From NCBI GenBank assembly GCA_905480645.1, contig CAJQRC010000001.1, positions 10,437 to 74,436 of the forward strand: 64,000 bases of DNA, in the 5' to 3' direction. Position numbers and translations under genes: made by a program. The number at the start of each line of letters is the position of its first letter. Positions within the stretch are counted from its first letter, which is position 1. The notes beneath the pieces are model-generated. The model worked only from the letters and a program-made list of their open reading frames with translations. It ran no database searches and was not told where the DNA came from. Of this stretch, positions 18,815 to 29,039 are shown in pieces. This DNA is from an uncultured Tateyamaria sp. GTDB taxonomy: Bacteria > Pseudomonadota > Alphaproteobacteria > Rhodobacterales > Rhodobacteraceae.

Positions 18815-19900
18815 TTATTGTTTCTGCGCTGCATTTACGCGCGCGAGGGCTGCTTTGGTTACTCGATCAAGAATAATTGCCAACAGCACGATAGCGAGAC
18901 CAGAGACAAGACCAACACCTAACTCAAGGTTGCGGATCCCACGAAGAACAAGGACACCAAGTCCCGGAGCAGACACAAGTGAAGCTATCACAACCATTGC
19001 GAGGCTCATCATGATAGTCTGGTTTACCCCAGCCATTATATTAGGAAGAGCAAGTGGTATCTGTACTCCAAACAACTTTTGCTGGTCAGTCATACCAAAA
19101 CTATCAGCAGCTTCAATCACGTCTTTATCTACTAACCGAATGCCTAGATCGGTCAATCGAATTACTGGAACAATGGCGTAGAGTATGATGGCAATGCCAT
19201 ACAGCTTCGGCTCAGTAACCGAGAATAGGAAAATCAAAGGTATAAGATAGACAAATGGCGGTAGCGTTTGTAGCATATCAAGAATAGGAATTGTTATGCG
19301 TTGCAAGCGATTACTTCGCGACATAGCTATTCCTATTGGCACCCCAAACAATACACACAGGAAGGCACAAACAAATATAATAGCAAGGGTTTGCATCGCG
19401 TGATCATAAAGATCCACAAAGGCTAAGCCTATAAGACATACGACAACGAAACCCACTAATTTGATCGACTTGGAGGCAAAATACACTACCAAAGCTAAGA
19501 GTGGGACCATGATAAACCACGGTGTTGACTGAAATAAATACAAAGCACCCTCAAGGATCCAACTAAGTGGCTGCGTTAACGGATCTAGCACTACACGCAG
19601 GGCGTCTTTCATAGCTAAAAAACCCCCCTCGACCCCTGTTGTCACATCACGTGACTGCCAAAAAGCGCCACAGGCCTCATTGAGAGCATCAAGCGATGGA
19701 AATGGCAAATCAAGGATAGAGGTTTCTTTATCAACACCTGTTGACACTAAAAGATCAGCCATAGATGCAGGTGTTGAACCAGCTGAACCGCTGTCACACC
19801 AATTTCTGAGACCAAGTATATTGAAAAGTGGGTCGTATGTCGCCATTTGACACGCCTTATTGCAAATACTAGCAGCATCTGCAGCCGCCCAGAGTTCCAA
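18815..19900 (-). CDS. proW: Glycine betaine/proline ABC transporter permease
   Basis: Multi-TM protein with a long N-terminal extension and a BPD-type permease core. The start is uncertain; an internal ATG (MATYDPL) is possible. Confidence 0.9.
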   Translation of the reverse strand: MELWAAADAASICNKACQMATYDPLFNILGLRNWCDSGSAGSTPASMADLLVSTGVDKETSILDLPFPSLDALNEACGAFWQSRDVTTGVEGGFLAMKDALRVVLDPLTQPLSWILEGALYLFQSTPWFIMVPLLALVVYFASKSIKLVGFVVVCLIGLAFVDLYDHAMQTLAIIFVCAFLCVLFGVPIGIAMSRSNRLQRITIPILDMLQTLPPFVYLIPLIFLFSVTEPKLYGIAIILYAIVPVIRLTDLGIRLVDKDVIEAADSFGMTDQQKLFGVQIPLALPNIMAGVNQTIMMSLAMVVIASLVSAPGLGVLVLRGIRNLELGVGLVSGLAIVLLAIILDRVTKAALARVNAAQKQ

Positions 19901-19959
19901 ACGGCTGCTGTATTTTATTATCCGCTTATACCAATTTGGTACTAAAGCGAGACCGTATA

Positions 19960-20934
19960 TTATTTGATTAGCGAACTCAATTTTTCGCGCGCGGCGTCAT
20001 TAACCCAATTTGACCAAACATCAGAATTATTTTGGATAAAATAAACAGCCGCTTCTTCCGTAGAAGCACCGTTGTTATCAGCCCACGCAAGCGTTGCATT
20101 CAAGATATCAATGTCAAAGCTTACGTTTCGCATCAGCGCGGCTACATCTGGTTCACGCTCTGTGAGGCTCTTTGTCGCAACGGTAAGTACCGGAGCAGGT
20201 GGAAAATCAGAAACGCCAGGATTAGCATTGTCAGCAGTCTGGTTCCCCAGATGCGCATCTTCATCGATAGGGCCAATTTCAATTTTCGTCATAGGGTATT
20301 TGCCTAGAACCGCTGTTGGCGCCCAGTAATATCCAAACCAAGGTTTTTTATCGTCATAAGCCGCGGCGATAGATGTCGACAACGTCTCACCTGAACCGTG
20401 ATCGAATACTTCCATGGCGTCGCGCAAACCTAGAGCATTGATAAGGTTATCGTTCACAATCCGACATCCCCAACCTACAGGACAGTTGTTAAAAGTTCCA
20501 CCAACCAGCTCTGGATTAGCCATAACATCCTGAACTGTCTTCAGCTCTGGGTGCGCTTCCGCAACATATGAGGGAATCCACCACCCCTCAACGCCACCTG
20601 GGTTAAAAACGTCCGTTAGCCTCTCAACTTTTCCTTCACTTTCCAGCTTCCGGTAAACTTCACCGGCGGAATTCAACCACAATTCTGTTACGATATCTGG
20701 TTCGTTATTTTCAGCCAATGAAGCTACAGATGTAACTGTGGCTGAGGGCACGAGTTCAACAGTACATCCATAACCCTGCTCCATAAGAAATTTAGATACA
20801 TGCGTGATAATTTGTGACGACGGCCAATCCATCTCTGTCAACGATACTTCACCACAGTCTGCAAAAGCAGCGGTAGCAGTCGATAATAGAGCTGCAACAG
20901 CAGCGCCTTTGAGTAGTTGCAATTTAATTTTCAC
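19960..20934 (-). CDS. proX: Glycine betaine ABC transporter substrate-binding protein
   Basis: Signal peptide (MKIKLQLLKGAAVAALLSTATAAFA), Trp-rich OpuAC-type binding domain, first gene of proXWV. Confidence 0.88.
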   Translation of the reverse strand: MKIKLQLLKGAAVAALLSTATAAFADCGEVSLTEMDWPSSQIITHVSKFLMEQGYGCTVELVPSATVTSVASLAENNEPDIVTELWLNSAGEVYRKLESEGKVERLTDVFNPGGVEGWWIPSYVAEAHPELKTVQDVMANPELVGGTFNNCPVGWGCRIVNDNLINALGLRDAMEVFDHGSGETLSTSIAAAYDDKKPWFGYYWAPTAVLGKYPMTKIEIGPIDEDAHLGNQTADNANPGVSDFPPAPVLTVATKSLTEREPDVAALMRNVSFDIDILNATLAWADNNGASTEEAAVYFIQNNSDVWSNWVNDAAREKLSSLIK

Positions 20935-21051
20935 TTTTGTTTCCTCCCAATAATTTTATCCGCCCCTGTTAACCATTGTTCCTGTCCATGGGCGATTACC
21001 TTTTTTTATCACATATTATAATATTCTGGAATAGATTAAATCCAACAAATT

Positions 21052-22248
21052 TTAGACGACGACTGGCAACTCTAAATCCGCACGAGCAGTTAACAGTTCT
21101 GCATTTGTGGAACCCAACACGATATTTTCTTCATGCACCATCATTAAACCATCACCGTAGCTAAGGGACGGTTCGATAGTTAAAACCATATTTTCTTTGA
21201 GCTCCGTCTCGTTGAATGCAGCATGAGAAGGTTGCTCAGTTAATTGCATACCCAATCCATGACCAAGTCTCCCAATATCTGCGCCACAATCGTCCATCTC
21301 CGCAATTATAGACGACATTGCTAAAAACAGATCACGACAGGTATTTCCCGGTTTAGCAGCAGCTATTCCAGCTTCAGTTGCTCGCCACAAAACGTCATAG
21401 GCACGACGCGCCTTATCACTGGCATGACCAATCGCCCAGTTGCGATCAAAATCACAAAAATAACCATCCCAAGTACTACCACTATCAACCATCAGTACAT
21501 CACCCACCTGTAATGGGCGACGCGAAGGAGGAGAGATTACATCAGAATAGCCTTGGTGATCAGCAGCTCCAACAACATAGGGTGCGTCATCAGCACCAAG
21601 TCCAATAGCAGTCAGTCGAAATTGGCGAAAAACTTCCTCTAACGGCATTCCTTCATGGATAATATGCTGCATCTCGCTAAAGACCTTTGAACCAATTCGA
21701 CATATATGACCCAGCTTTTCAATTTCGGCAGCGGATTTAATCATTCGTAAACCCTGAACAATATCAGTTGCATCATAAATTTTAAGACCAGGCAATGCCG
21801 CCAAAAGGCACTCCCAATCTCCCAAAGGCATTCTGAGCGACGTTTCGTGGCCTTTTGGCACTCCAATTCGAGCACATTTTCGCGAAAGTGGCAGTAAAAG
21901 CTCCTTTAATATGGTTATGCCATCGTCCTTAGGCGAGGGTGCACTCCACGTTCGGATATCATCAATCCAACTACGCCTCATTAACTCAGCGCCAATCTCT
22001 GGAATAACCGCTATAGGCTTACCATTTGATGGTACAAATACAAACCAAGGCCGTGTTGGACTTTGCCAGAAGGAGGTATGAAAACCCGTAAAATACCGAA
22101 CGTCATGCTCACTGGTAAGCAAAAGGCCAGCACAGCCAGCCTTAGCCATTTGCACTTGTGCTTTAGCCGTGCGTTGCCTGAACTCAGCAGTAGAAAAACC
22201 ACGTTTTGGAGTTTTATCTAATATAACTGTACCCTTCCCATTTCTCAA
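21052..22248 (-). CDS. M24-family metallopeptidase (Xaa-Pro peptidase/creatinase/ectoine-hydrolase-like)
   Basis: Creatinase_N-like N-terminal half. M24 metal ligands appear to be present (DGYFCDFDRN, GHGLGM, LTIEPS, VHEEN). Only a TTG start without a clear SD lies upstream of the conserved N-terminus. Confidence 0.85.
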   Translation of the reverse strand: MRNGKGTVILDKTPKRGFSTAEFRQRTAKAQVQMAKAGCAGLLLTSEHDVRYFTGFHTSFWQSPTRPWFVFVPSNGKPIAVIPEIGAELMRRSWIDDIRTWSAPSPKDDGITILKELLLPLSRKCARIGVPKGHETSLRMPLGDWECLLAALPGLKIYDATDIVQGLRMIKSAAEIEKLGHICRIGSKVFSEMQHIIHEGMPLEEVFRQFRLTAIGLGADDAPYVVGAADHQGYSDVISPPSRRPLQVGDVLMVDSGSTWDGYFCDFDRNWAIGHASDKARRAYDVLWRATEAGIAAAKPGNTCRDLFLAMSSIIAEMDDCGADIGRLGHGLGMQLTEQPSHAAFNETELKENMVLTIEPSLSYGDGLMMVHEENIVLGSTNAELLTARADLELPVVV

Positions 22249-22638
22249 AATTAAAATAATAAAGCTTCATTTTAATAATTTTAATCAGGTTGTTACTACG
22301 AATTGGTGACGAAGATGACGTCTGAGATAGAAAATTTTGCTGTTATCCCAAATAATCTCTCTTCATTCAATCATTGATTGAATGGTTTAAAAGCAGGCTC
22401 ACGATAATCAGGAAATATGTATTATACTTTTATAACTGTCTAGGTACAAAACTTTTTAAGTTTTGTTTGCAAAAAATCTTCTTAGGTGGCACCGCTAGGA
22501 AATGAGCCTTAATCAGCAGCTTGGAGCCTGCTTTTCAAACGGTGCTTCGAAGATGGTCAAAAAACAGAAGCAAAACGTACTTCGATAAAAAAATAAATAA
22601 CAAATGTGATCCAGCGCATTGTTAATTGGAGCCAAAAA

Positions 22639-23415
22639 ATGAAAGCAGATAATGATGTAAAAATGCTGGATTTTAGTACCGATGGAGGTCTTGGTTCTCG
22701 GGCACGACTAGGTTTAATTATCTTGCAAACTGATCAAACCATTGAGCATGAATTTGCAGGCGTCTTTGGGATGCGATCGGATGTAGCTTTGTATGCAACG
22801 CGTATACCTAATTCAATGACCGTCTCACCGCGATCGCTGCAACAAATGGCAGTTAATTTGCCACATGCTGCAGAACTTTTACCCCCACGTTTCGAATTTA
22901 ATGTGATCGGGTTTGCCTGTACGTCAGGCGCCACAATGATCGGGGAAAATCGTGTTGATGAGCTGATCAGAAAAATACATCCAGAAGTCAAAATTACTAA
23001 TCCGTTAAGCGCGTGCAAGGCGGCCATGACAGCTCTAAAACTTAACAATATTGCTATGATAACTCCCTATAATATTGATGTCACATTAGAAATGCAAACT
23101 AACTTACGTGCTTCAGGGTTTAATATCTCCACAGCTTCTACTTTTAATCAATCAGATGACTTCGAGGTGGCAAGGATTAGCGAAGACAGTATTCTTAATG
23201 CGTTGCTGAGGGTGGGTGCGCATAAAGAATGTGATGGTGTCTTTGTCGCTTGTACAAGCTTGCGGGCTTTAAAAGTTATTGCAAAAGCTGAAGCTATAAT
23301 CAACAAACCAGTGATCTCTTCTAATCAGGCTTTAGCGTGGCATATGATGCGGCTGGCAGGGGTTGGAGATAGACCAAAGAGCGCCGGACGCCTTTTTGAA
23401 ACTATCCTATACTGA
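22639..23415 (+). CDS. Asp/Glu/hydantoin racemase-family protein (maleate isomerase/arylmalonate decarboxylase/EutA-like)
   Basis: RLGLIILQTDQTIEHEF...VIGFACTSGATMIG...ITPYNIDV...VACTSLRA shows the two conserved Cys-containing motifs. ATG 22639 follows TGGAG. Confidence 0.75.
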   Translation: MKADNDVKMLDFSTDGGLGSRARLGLIILQTDQTIEHEFAGVFGMRSDVALYATRIPNSMTVSPRSLQQMAVNLPHAAELLPPRFEFNVIGFACTSGATMIGENRVDELIRKIHPEVKITNPLSACKAAMTALKLNNIAMITPYNIDVTLEMQTNLRASGFNISTASTFNQSDDFEVARISEDSILNALLRVGAHKECDGVFVACTSLRALKVIAKAEAIINKPVISSNQALAWHMMRLAGVGDRPKSAGRLFETILY

Positions 23416-23429
23416 AATAGGATATCCAG

Positions 23430-25791
23430 ATGCCATCACCTCTCCCGTCTCACGCTAAAGCCGTAATCATTGGCGGCGGTATTCATGATTTCTCAGAATT
23501 CTATCACATTGCAAAGCGGGTTGGAAAGATATCATCCTGCTTGAACGTAAATCACTTACAAGCGACACAGCAGGGCATACCGCTGGGCTAGTCGGACAGT
23601 TGCAGGGGATCCATGTTAACACAGCCTTTGCAAGCTATAGCATTGAATTAATAAAAAAATGAGTCAGAAACTAGCCAAAATCCTGGATTTGTGACAATCA
23701 GGATCCATTCAAACAGCAATAAACGAAGAGCGGCTCGCTGAGTTAAAACGTAAAGTTGATTTTGCCCCTTTCTTTGGTATAAAAGCAAATTTCATAGATA
23801 TAGAATAAGCCCTAGAGCGTTGGCCTTCGATGAATGACGACGGCGTTTTAGGAGGTATACATTTGCCATCTGACGGCTCAGTCAATCCAACTGATCTAAC
23901 GCAAGCACTCGCCAAAGGCGCTCGTATGAATGGGGCTACAATTCGAGAAAATATAAGCTTTAAAGAGGTGCTAACCAAAAATGGTAAAATCATTGGTGTA
24001 AGTACGGAGCAAGGCATCATATCTACCGATACTGTCGACAATTGTGGTAGCATGTGGGCGCGAGAGTTAGGACAACAGAACGTTGTAAGTATACCTATTC
24101 ACGCTTGCGAGCATTACTATCTAGTAGCGCAGCCTATTCCAAACTTACCATCAGACCTGCCGGCGCTGCGCTCACATTATGACGGTACTTACTGGAAACA
24201 AGACACCAGTAAATTATTATTTAGGTTTGATAATTTTAAGGCAAAGGCTGGAATTCCTGAAAATTTTGATTTTGATAGCCTGCCTTTCGTGGAAGAAGAT
24301 ATGATGGAAGTATTAGAAATGAGCATGAACCGCGTGCCAGTCCTTCAGGAAAATGGCATTCAAACTTTTTTCAATGGCCCAGAAAGTTATTCTCACGATG
24401 GCCGTTTTAATCTTGGTGAAACACCCAATTTAAAAGGCTACTTTTTACTGGCAGGCATTAACTCTACTGGAATTCAGTCAGGTTCTGGAGCGGAAAAAGC
24501 ATTAGCCGACTGGATCATGACAGGCCATCCGCCTATGGACTCAGCAGAGATGGATTCTGCGCGTATCGAAGACTGGCGGGCACGCGACATATATTGGCAA
24601 GAGCATTGCCCCCAAACACTAGTGCTGACGTACGCAATGCAATGGCCTCGCCGCCAACGTGAAAAGGCGCGAAACTTACGTCGCACACCGTTCCATCATG
24701 CAATGAAGGCCCATGGTGCCGTCTATGATGAAGTCCAAGGTTGGGAATGTCCTGCATGGTTTGCGCCCGACGTAGTGTTTCCTGAATCCGATTACTCTTT
24801 CTATCGTCCGAGTTGGTTAAACTATGTGCAGGAAGAACAAAAAACGGTAAGAGGAAGTGTTGGAATAATCGATTATTCGATGCTCCAAAAATTATTAGTC
24901 AGCGGCAGAGACGCTGAAAATTTTCTGTAACGTGTCTGTAGCAATGATATGGCAATTCCAGTCAATAGCGTAATATATTCCCTGATGCTTTACGAGCGTG
25001 GTGTCATCGAGAGCGATGTCATGCTGGCACATCATGGGCCAGATAGCTTTATGGTAATTTCCTCTATTTCGCAAACAAATCGCGATCATAACCACTTAAA
25101 ACGAAACATCCGTCCAAACAAAACAATTTGGCTAAGCGATGCCACATCCTCTTACGGTGTATTATCTTTAGCAGGACCAAAAGCACGCGATCTTTCGGCT
25201 GGGATTACAGAGCTAAATTTGTCGGGTAAAGCCTTTCCATTTAACAGCTTACAGCGCTTTAACATTGGGCATGCGCCAGTGTTTGCACAGCAGCTGTCAT
25301 ACACCGGCGAGCATGGATGGGAGATATTAATAACACCCGATTTTGCAGAATACGTATTTGAGGGGATTGTGAACACGGGGCTACAGTTTGGACTTAAGCT
25401 TGTGGGTAGTGAAGCACTTAACGCTCTGCGCATAGAAAAAGACTTTTTACATTGGGGGCACGATATGTCGCACACAGAGGCCCCGCAACAAATTGGGCTT
25501 AATTTCACCTGCAAGCGCGGAAAGTCTGAAGGCTTTTATGGTAAAGACGCTTTTATTAAACGAAAAGCTCAGGGCAATGGGCTATTTCTATGTCCAATAA
25601 AGCTTTGTGAAGCTGAGGCAGTATTACACCACAACAAGCCTGCATTGCGTAATGAAAAAATAATTGACCTTGTCACAAGTGGTGTTTTTTCTCAAACACA
25701 AAACTCCCCTATTGGTCTATGTTTTTTATCAATAAAGGGTGAGAAAACTGCATTAACTACCAGTAAATATTCAGTTATGGTTGAAGGGTGA
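23430..25791 (+). pseudogene. Dimethylglycine/sarcosine dehydrogenase-like gene (FAD domain fused to GcvT folate-binding domain), disrupted
   Basis: N-terminus AVIIGGGI.., then a frameshift before WKDIILLERKSLTSDTAGHTAGLVGQL. Disruptions: TGA 23660, a second frame change before GSIQTAINEERLAELK (from 23701), in-frame TAA 23806 and in-frame TAA 24928 between track ORFs 23830..24930 and 24949..25791, which share a frame. Confidence 0.85.
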
Positions 25792-25916
25792 CAGGTGCCA
25801 GCTCCGCTCAGCCTCAAGCAATTTATGGCATAGTGGGCAGAGATCGCTTGGGACACCATCTGATCCAATTGAGATTATGCTTAATCCTCACAATTAAAAA
25901 ATCGAGTGCTCTTTAA

Positions 25917-26831
25917 ATGTCTCCTAATTACCCTTCACATTTCACTGGCTACATCGCAGCTTGGTGCATAGTTGCAGTCTGGTCCCTTTGGTTGATTGTG
26001 AGCCGTGTGGCCAATGAAAGTGGTCTGACTATCTATGATTTAGCAGCGATGCGATATGGATTAGCAGCACTGATTGGAGCGCCTCTTTGCCTCTATTACA
26101 AACCTTGGCGTGGATTAAGTTTTTTACAAATTGCATTGCTCTCATTTATTTTGGGACCAGTTTACATCCTGATTGTTTTTTCTGGGTTTCTTTTTGCTCC
26201 TGCAGCTCATGGAGGAATTTTCATGAATGGGTTACTACCGTTAATCAGTATCCTTTTCGCAATTTTTTTTATAGGTGTAATACCAAGCTCCCAACAATTG
26301 TTAGGCGCTTTACTAATTCTCATTTCTGCAATTGCTTTGGCTTGGGACACGAGCGCTTCAAGTGGTAACGATGCTTGGATCGGGGATATCTTATTCTTAA
26401 TAGGTGCATTATTCTTTTCAACCTACATGATTTTGTCTGAACGTTGGAGGTTGGGTGCCATGCAGATCATTTTTTGTGGAACACTTGTAAATGCTGCACT
26501 TTATCTGCCAGTCTGGTGGCTTTGGCTTCCTTCAGGTATGATAAATGCTCCTATTACTCCACTTTTAATACAGGCTATTTACCAAGGATTTGTACCGAAC
26601 CTCATTGGTTTACTGTTCATCGCGCACGCCTCTCGAACCATTGGCAATGGTACCACATCCTTTATACTTGCGGCTGTACCCGGCGGAGGTGCAATACTGG
26701 GCGTAATTATGTTAGGTGAAAACTTACATTTAATCAGCGTTTTTGCACTTGTAATCCTTACAGTGGGATTGCTCTTAAGTGTGAGGAGAAAACAGCCACA
26801 ACCATATAAGCGTCTTAAAATAAAGCGATGA
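25917..26831 (+). CDS. DMT-superfamily (EamA-like) transporter
   Basis: 304 aa and about 10 TM segments with a duplicated EamA-like architecture. Confidence 0.85.
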   Translation: MSPNYPSHFTGYIAAWCIVAVWSLWLIVSRVANESGLTIYDLAAMRYGLAALIGAPLCLYYKPWRGLSFLQIALLSFILGPVYILIVFSGFLFAPAAHGGIFMNGLLPLISILFAIFFIGVIPSSQQLLGALLILISAIALAWDTSASSGNDAWIGDILFLIGALFFSTYMILSERWRLGAMQIIFCGTLVNAALYLPVWWLWLPSGMINAPITPLLIQAIYQGFVPNLIGLLFIAHASRTIGNGTTSFILAAVPGGGAILGVIMLGENLHLISVFALVILTVGLLLSVRRKQPQPYKRLKIKR

Positions 26832-26886
26832 AAAAAATATATTAATATCAAGCTACCATAAGATCACTGTCGTTTCGTTACAAAAG

Positions 26887-26906
26887 GCATAAATAAGCAT
26901 AAATAA
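26887..26906. repeat. Perfect 10-bp tandem duplication (gcataaataa x2) inside an AAAGGC...GCCTTT hairpin
   Basis: Read directly: aaaaggcataaataagcataaataagaaagcctttatttt, just downstream of the DMT gene stop. Confidence 0.9.
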
Positions 26907-27347
26907 GAAAGCCTTTATTTTACACTAGGCACAATCTTCTGCTGATTTAGCATAAATGGCAGATCTATCATGCCCCTAAGAAACTGTGTCTTGTGCGTGA
27001 GCTGTTAACGAAACTAACACCGATAAACATAAGCAATGATCGAAGTTGATTTGCCCAATTTTACAAACCAAATTATTTCAGTAGAAAAATTCAAGGCGAC
27101 AATTAGCAAGTGCTAAAATTATCAAATTCCTTAGCAAAGCGACCATGGCTCATCCAAGCTGAAAGCTCGTATTTTCCTTGCATATGGATTTTCGGCACCT
27201 GCCAATCAAAGTGTTTAGTACCACAACAAGAGCAATTTCTATATGTAATTCACCATTATTGCGACACAGTAAATCAAAGCAATCATTGAAATCTTTGGTT
27301 GTATTAAACTCTCTTGTCTTATTTTAAACTTTGGTCTAAAGCAATGA

Positions 27348-27365
27348 AATGTTATATTGTAACGT
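27348..27365 (+). promoter_or_regulatory. Candidate Zur box upstream of znuA
   Basis: aatgttatattgtaacgt has a TGTTAT half-site and an imperfect inverted GTAAC half, about 10 nt upstream of the znuA RBS. It matches the GTTAT-N-ATAAC type motif only partly. Confidence 0.35.
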
Positions 27366-27375
27366 GGAGAGACAG

Positions 27376-28329
27376 ATGTCCAAAAAGCTTTTTACCCTTT
27401 CAACCACCGCCATTTTGATGAGTGGAACAGCTTTTGCCGATCCAATAAACGTTGCAGCCGACATCGCCCCGTTACACTCGTTAGTACAACGCGTTATGGA
27501 CGGTGTGGGCACAGCCGATCTTATTATTCAACCAGGAGCCAGCCCTCACGAGTACAGTCTGCGCCCTTCAGAGGCTGCCGCGTTGCAGAACGCTGACTTA
27601 GTCTTTTGGATTGGTGACGATTTAACACCATGGCTTACTGATACGATTGAAACTTTAGCACCTAACGCCGATGTGACCGCTGTATTAGAAAGTAACGACA
27701 CGATTAAATTAGAATTCCGCGAAAGTGCAATGTTTGAAGCTCATGACCATGATGAACATGATGAACATGATGAACATGATAAAACTGAAGAAAGCGATCA
27801 TGAAGGCCATAACCACGGGGCACATGACCCACATGCTTGGCTGTCACCTCAAAATGCAATGACGTGGCTAAACTTAATTGCAGGCAAACTTTCTGCAGCT
27901 GATCCTAAAAATGCCGGTGCATACTTTGCGAATGCAGCAGCAGGGCGTAGTGAAATAGAAATTGTAATTAACGAGGTCAATGCAACTCTTGATCCCGTGC
28001 GTGGTGGGCAGTTTATTGTATTCCATGATGCGTATCAGTACTTTGAAAATGGTTTCGATTTTCCAGCGACGGGTGCAATATCATTGGGTGACGCGACCGA
28101 TTCAAGCCCAGCACGGATCGAAGAAATCCAGCAGCGAATTTCTGAGGAAAGCATTGATTGTGTTTTAGCTGAACCACAGTTTAACCCAGGCCTTGTTCAG
28201 ACTGTTTTGGACGGTACCAATGCACAAACTGGCATTCTAGATCCCTTGGGATCTGATCTGGAACCTGGCTCCACCCTTTATCCTCAATTAATAAAAAACC
28301 TAGCTAATGCTTTAGCTAACTGCATATGA
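27376..28329 (+). CDS. znuA: Zinc ABC transporter substrate-binding protein ZnuA
   Basis: Signal peptide, PLHSLVQRVM, GASPHEYSLRPSE, His/Asp-rich loop HDHDEHDEHDEHDKTEESDHEGHNHGAHDPHAW. ATG 27376 follows GGAGAG. Confidence 0.9.
   Translation: MSKKLFTLSTTAILMSGTAFADPINVAADIAPLHSLVQRVMDGVGTADLIIQPGASPHEYSLRPSEAAALQNADLVFWIGDDLTPWLTDTIETLAPNADVTAVLESNDTIKLEFRESAMFEAHDHDEHDEHDEHDKTEESDHEGHNHGAHDPHAWLSPQNAMTWLNLIAGKLSAADPKNAGAYFANAAAGRSEIEIVINEVNATLDPVRGGQFIVFHDAYQYFENGFDFPATGAISLGDATDSSPARIEEIQQRISEESIDCVLAEPQFNPGLVQTVLDGTNAQTGILDPLGSDLEPGSTLYPQLIKNLANALANCI
27751..27777 (+). repeat. Three perfect tandem copies of 9 bp (gatgaacat) encoding the DEH repeats of the ZnuA His-rich loop
   Basis: Read directly at 27751-27777. 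In-frame and inside znuA. Confidence 0.9.
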
Positions 28330-28657
28330 TTGGGCAAAAGGCCAAGGTTAACATTTTAATCCCGTTAGCTCTTTCTGTTCGAGCCCAGCCAGAAAGGATT
28401 CCTAACTGTAATCGATTATAAAACCTCACAAGTTTATCCAAACAGGACGAATACCGCGCTGACTGTAAAATATTATAATTTGGATGGTTAACTTTGTGTA
28501 ACTAAACTCACTAGTCGTGTCTATTATCCCTTTTTCGTAGTGAACACCGCACTCTAAAATATTAGACTTGATGGCTCTAAAGTTTACGAATGCCCTCTTA
28601 TAAAGAGCTTCAGCAGATTGTAAGATTCAATTTTATTTTAGACTAGAAAGATAAATT

Positions 28658-28906
28658 ATGACTACCAATCTTGGGTCAACAACACTTAAAAAAAAGCAAC
28701 GTGCCACTAATCCTATGTCAATATATGACACACTACCTCAACCACTTCGATTCTGGATTTCAAAGGCATCACTACCTTGGTCTCCCAAATCGTGCAAACG
28801 TATTTGGGATGAAGCACTTCGCAATGGGCTAAGCGTCAATGACACTATTATTGCCTTAACCAAAGCTGAGAGAAAAACCTTGGCTCAAGAAAAACATCGT
28901 TTTTAA
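28658..28906 (+). CDS. DUF6525-like small protein
   Basis: MSIYDTLPQPLRFWISKASLPWSPKSCKRIW... resembles the YDxLPxxLRxWLxxAxLPWSxxS pattern I associate with DUF6525. Confidence 0.6.
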   Translation: MTTNLGSTTLKKKQRATNPMSIYDTLPQPLRFWISKASLPWSPKSCKRIWDEALRNGLSVNDTIIALTKAERKTLAQEKHRF

Positions 28907-29039
28907 CTTAAATTACGTCTTTGCCGTTTCACGTATCAGCATGTTAATTGATGACTGGGTCCACAAAAACAATTTCGCAGTTTAACTTAGTCTGCTTATC
29001 CAACTTAAAAGATGTAGGATTTATTAAATAAGACGCAGA

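Noticed and set aside
18642-19181. 179-aa plus-strand ORF across the proV/proW junction
   Set aside because: Antisense to two strongly supported ABC transporter genes. No RBS or recognisable motif, so it is a shadow ORF.
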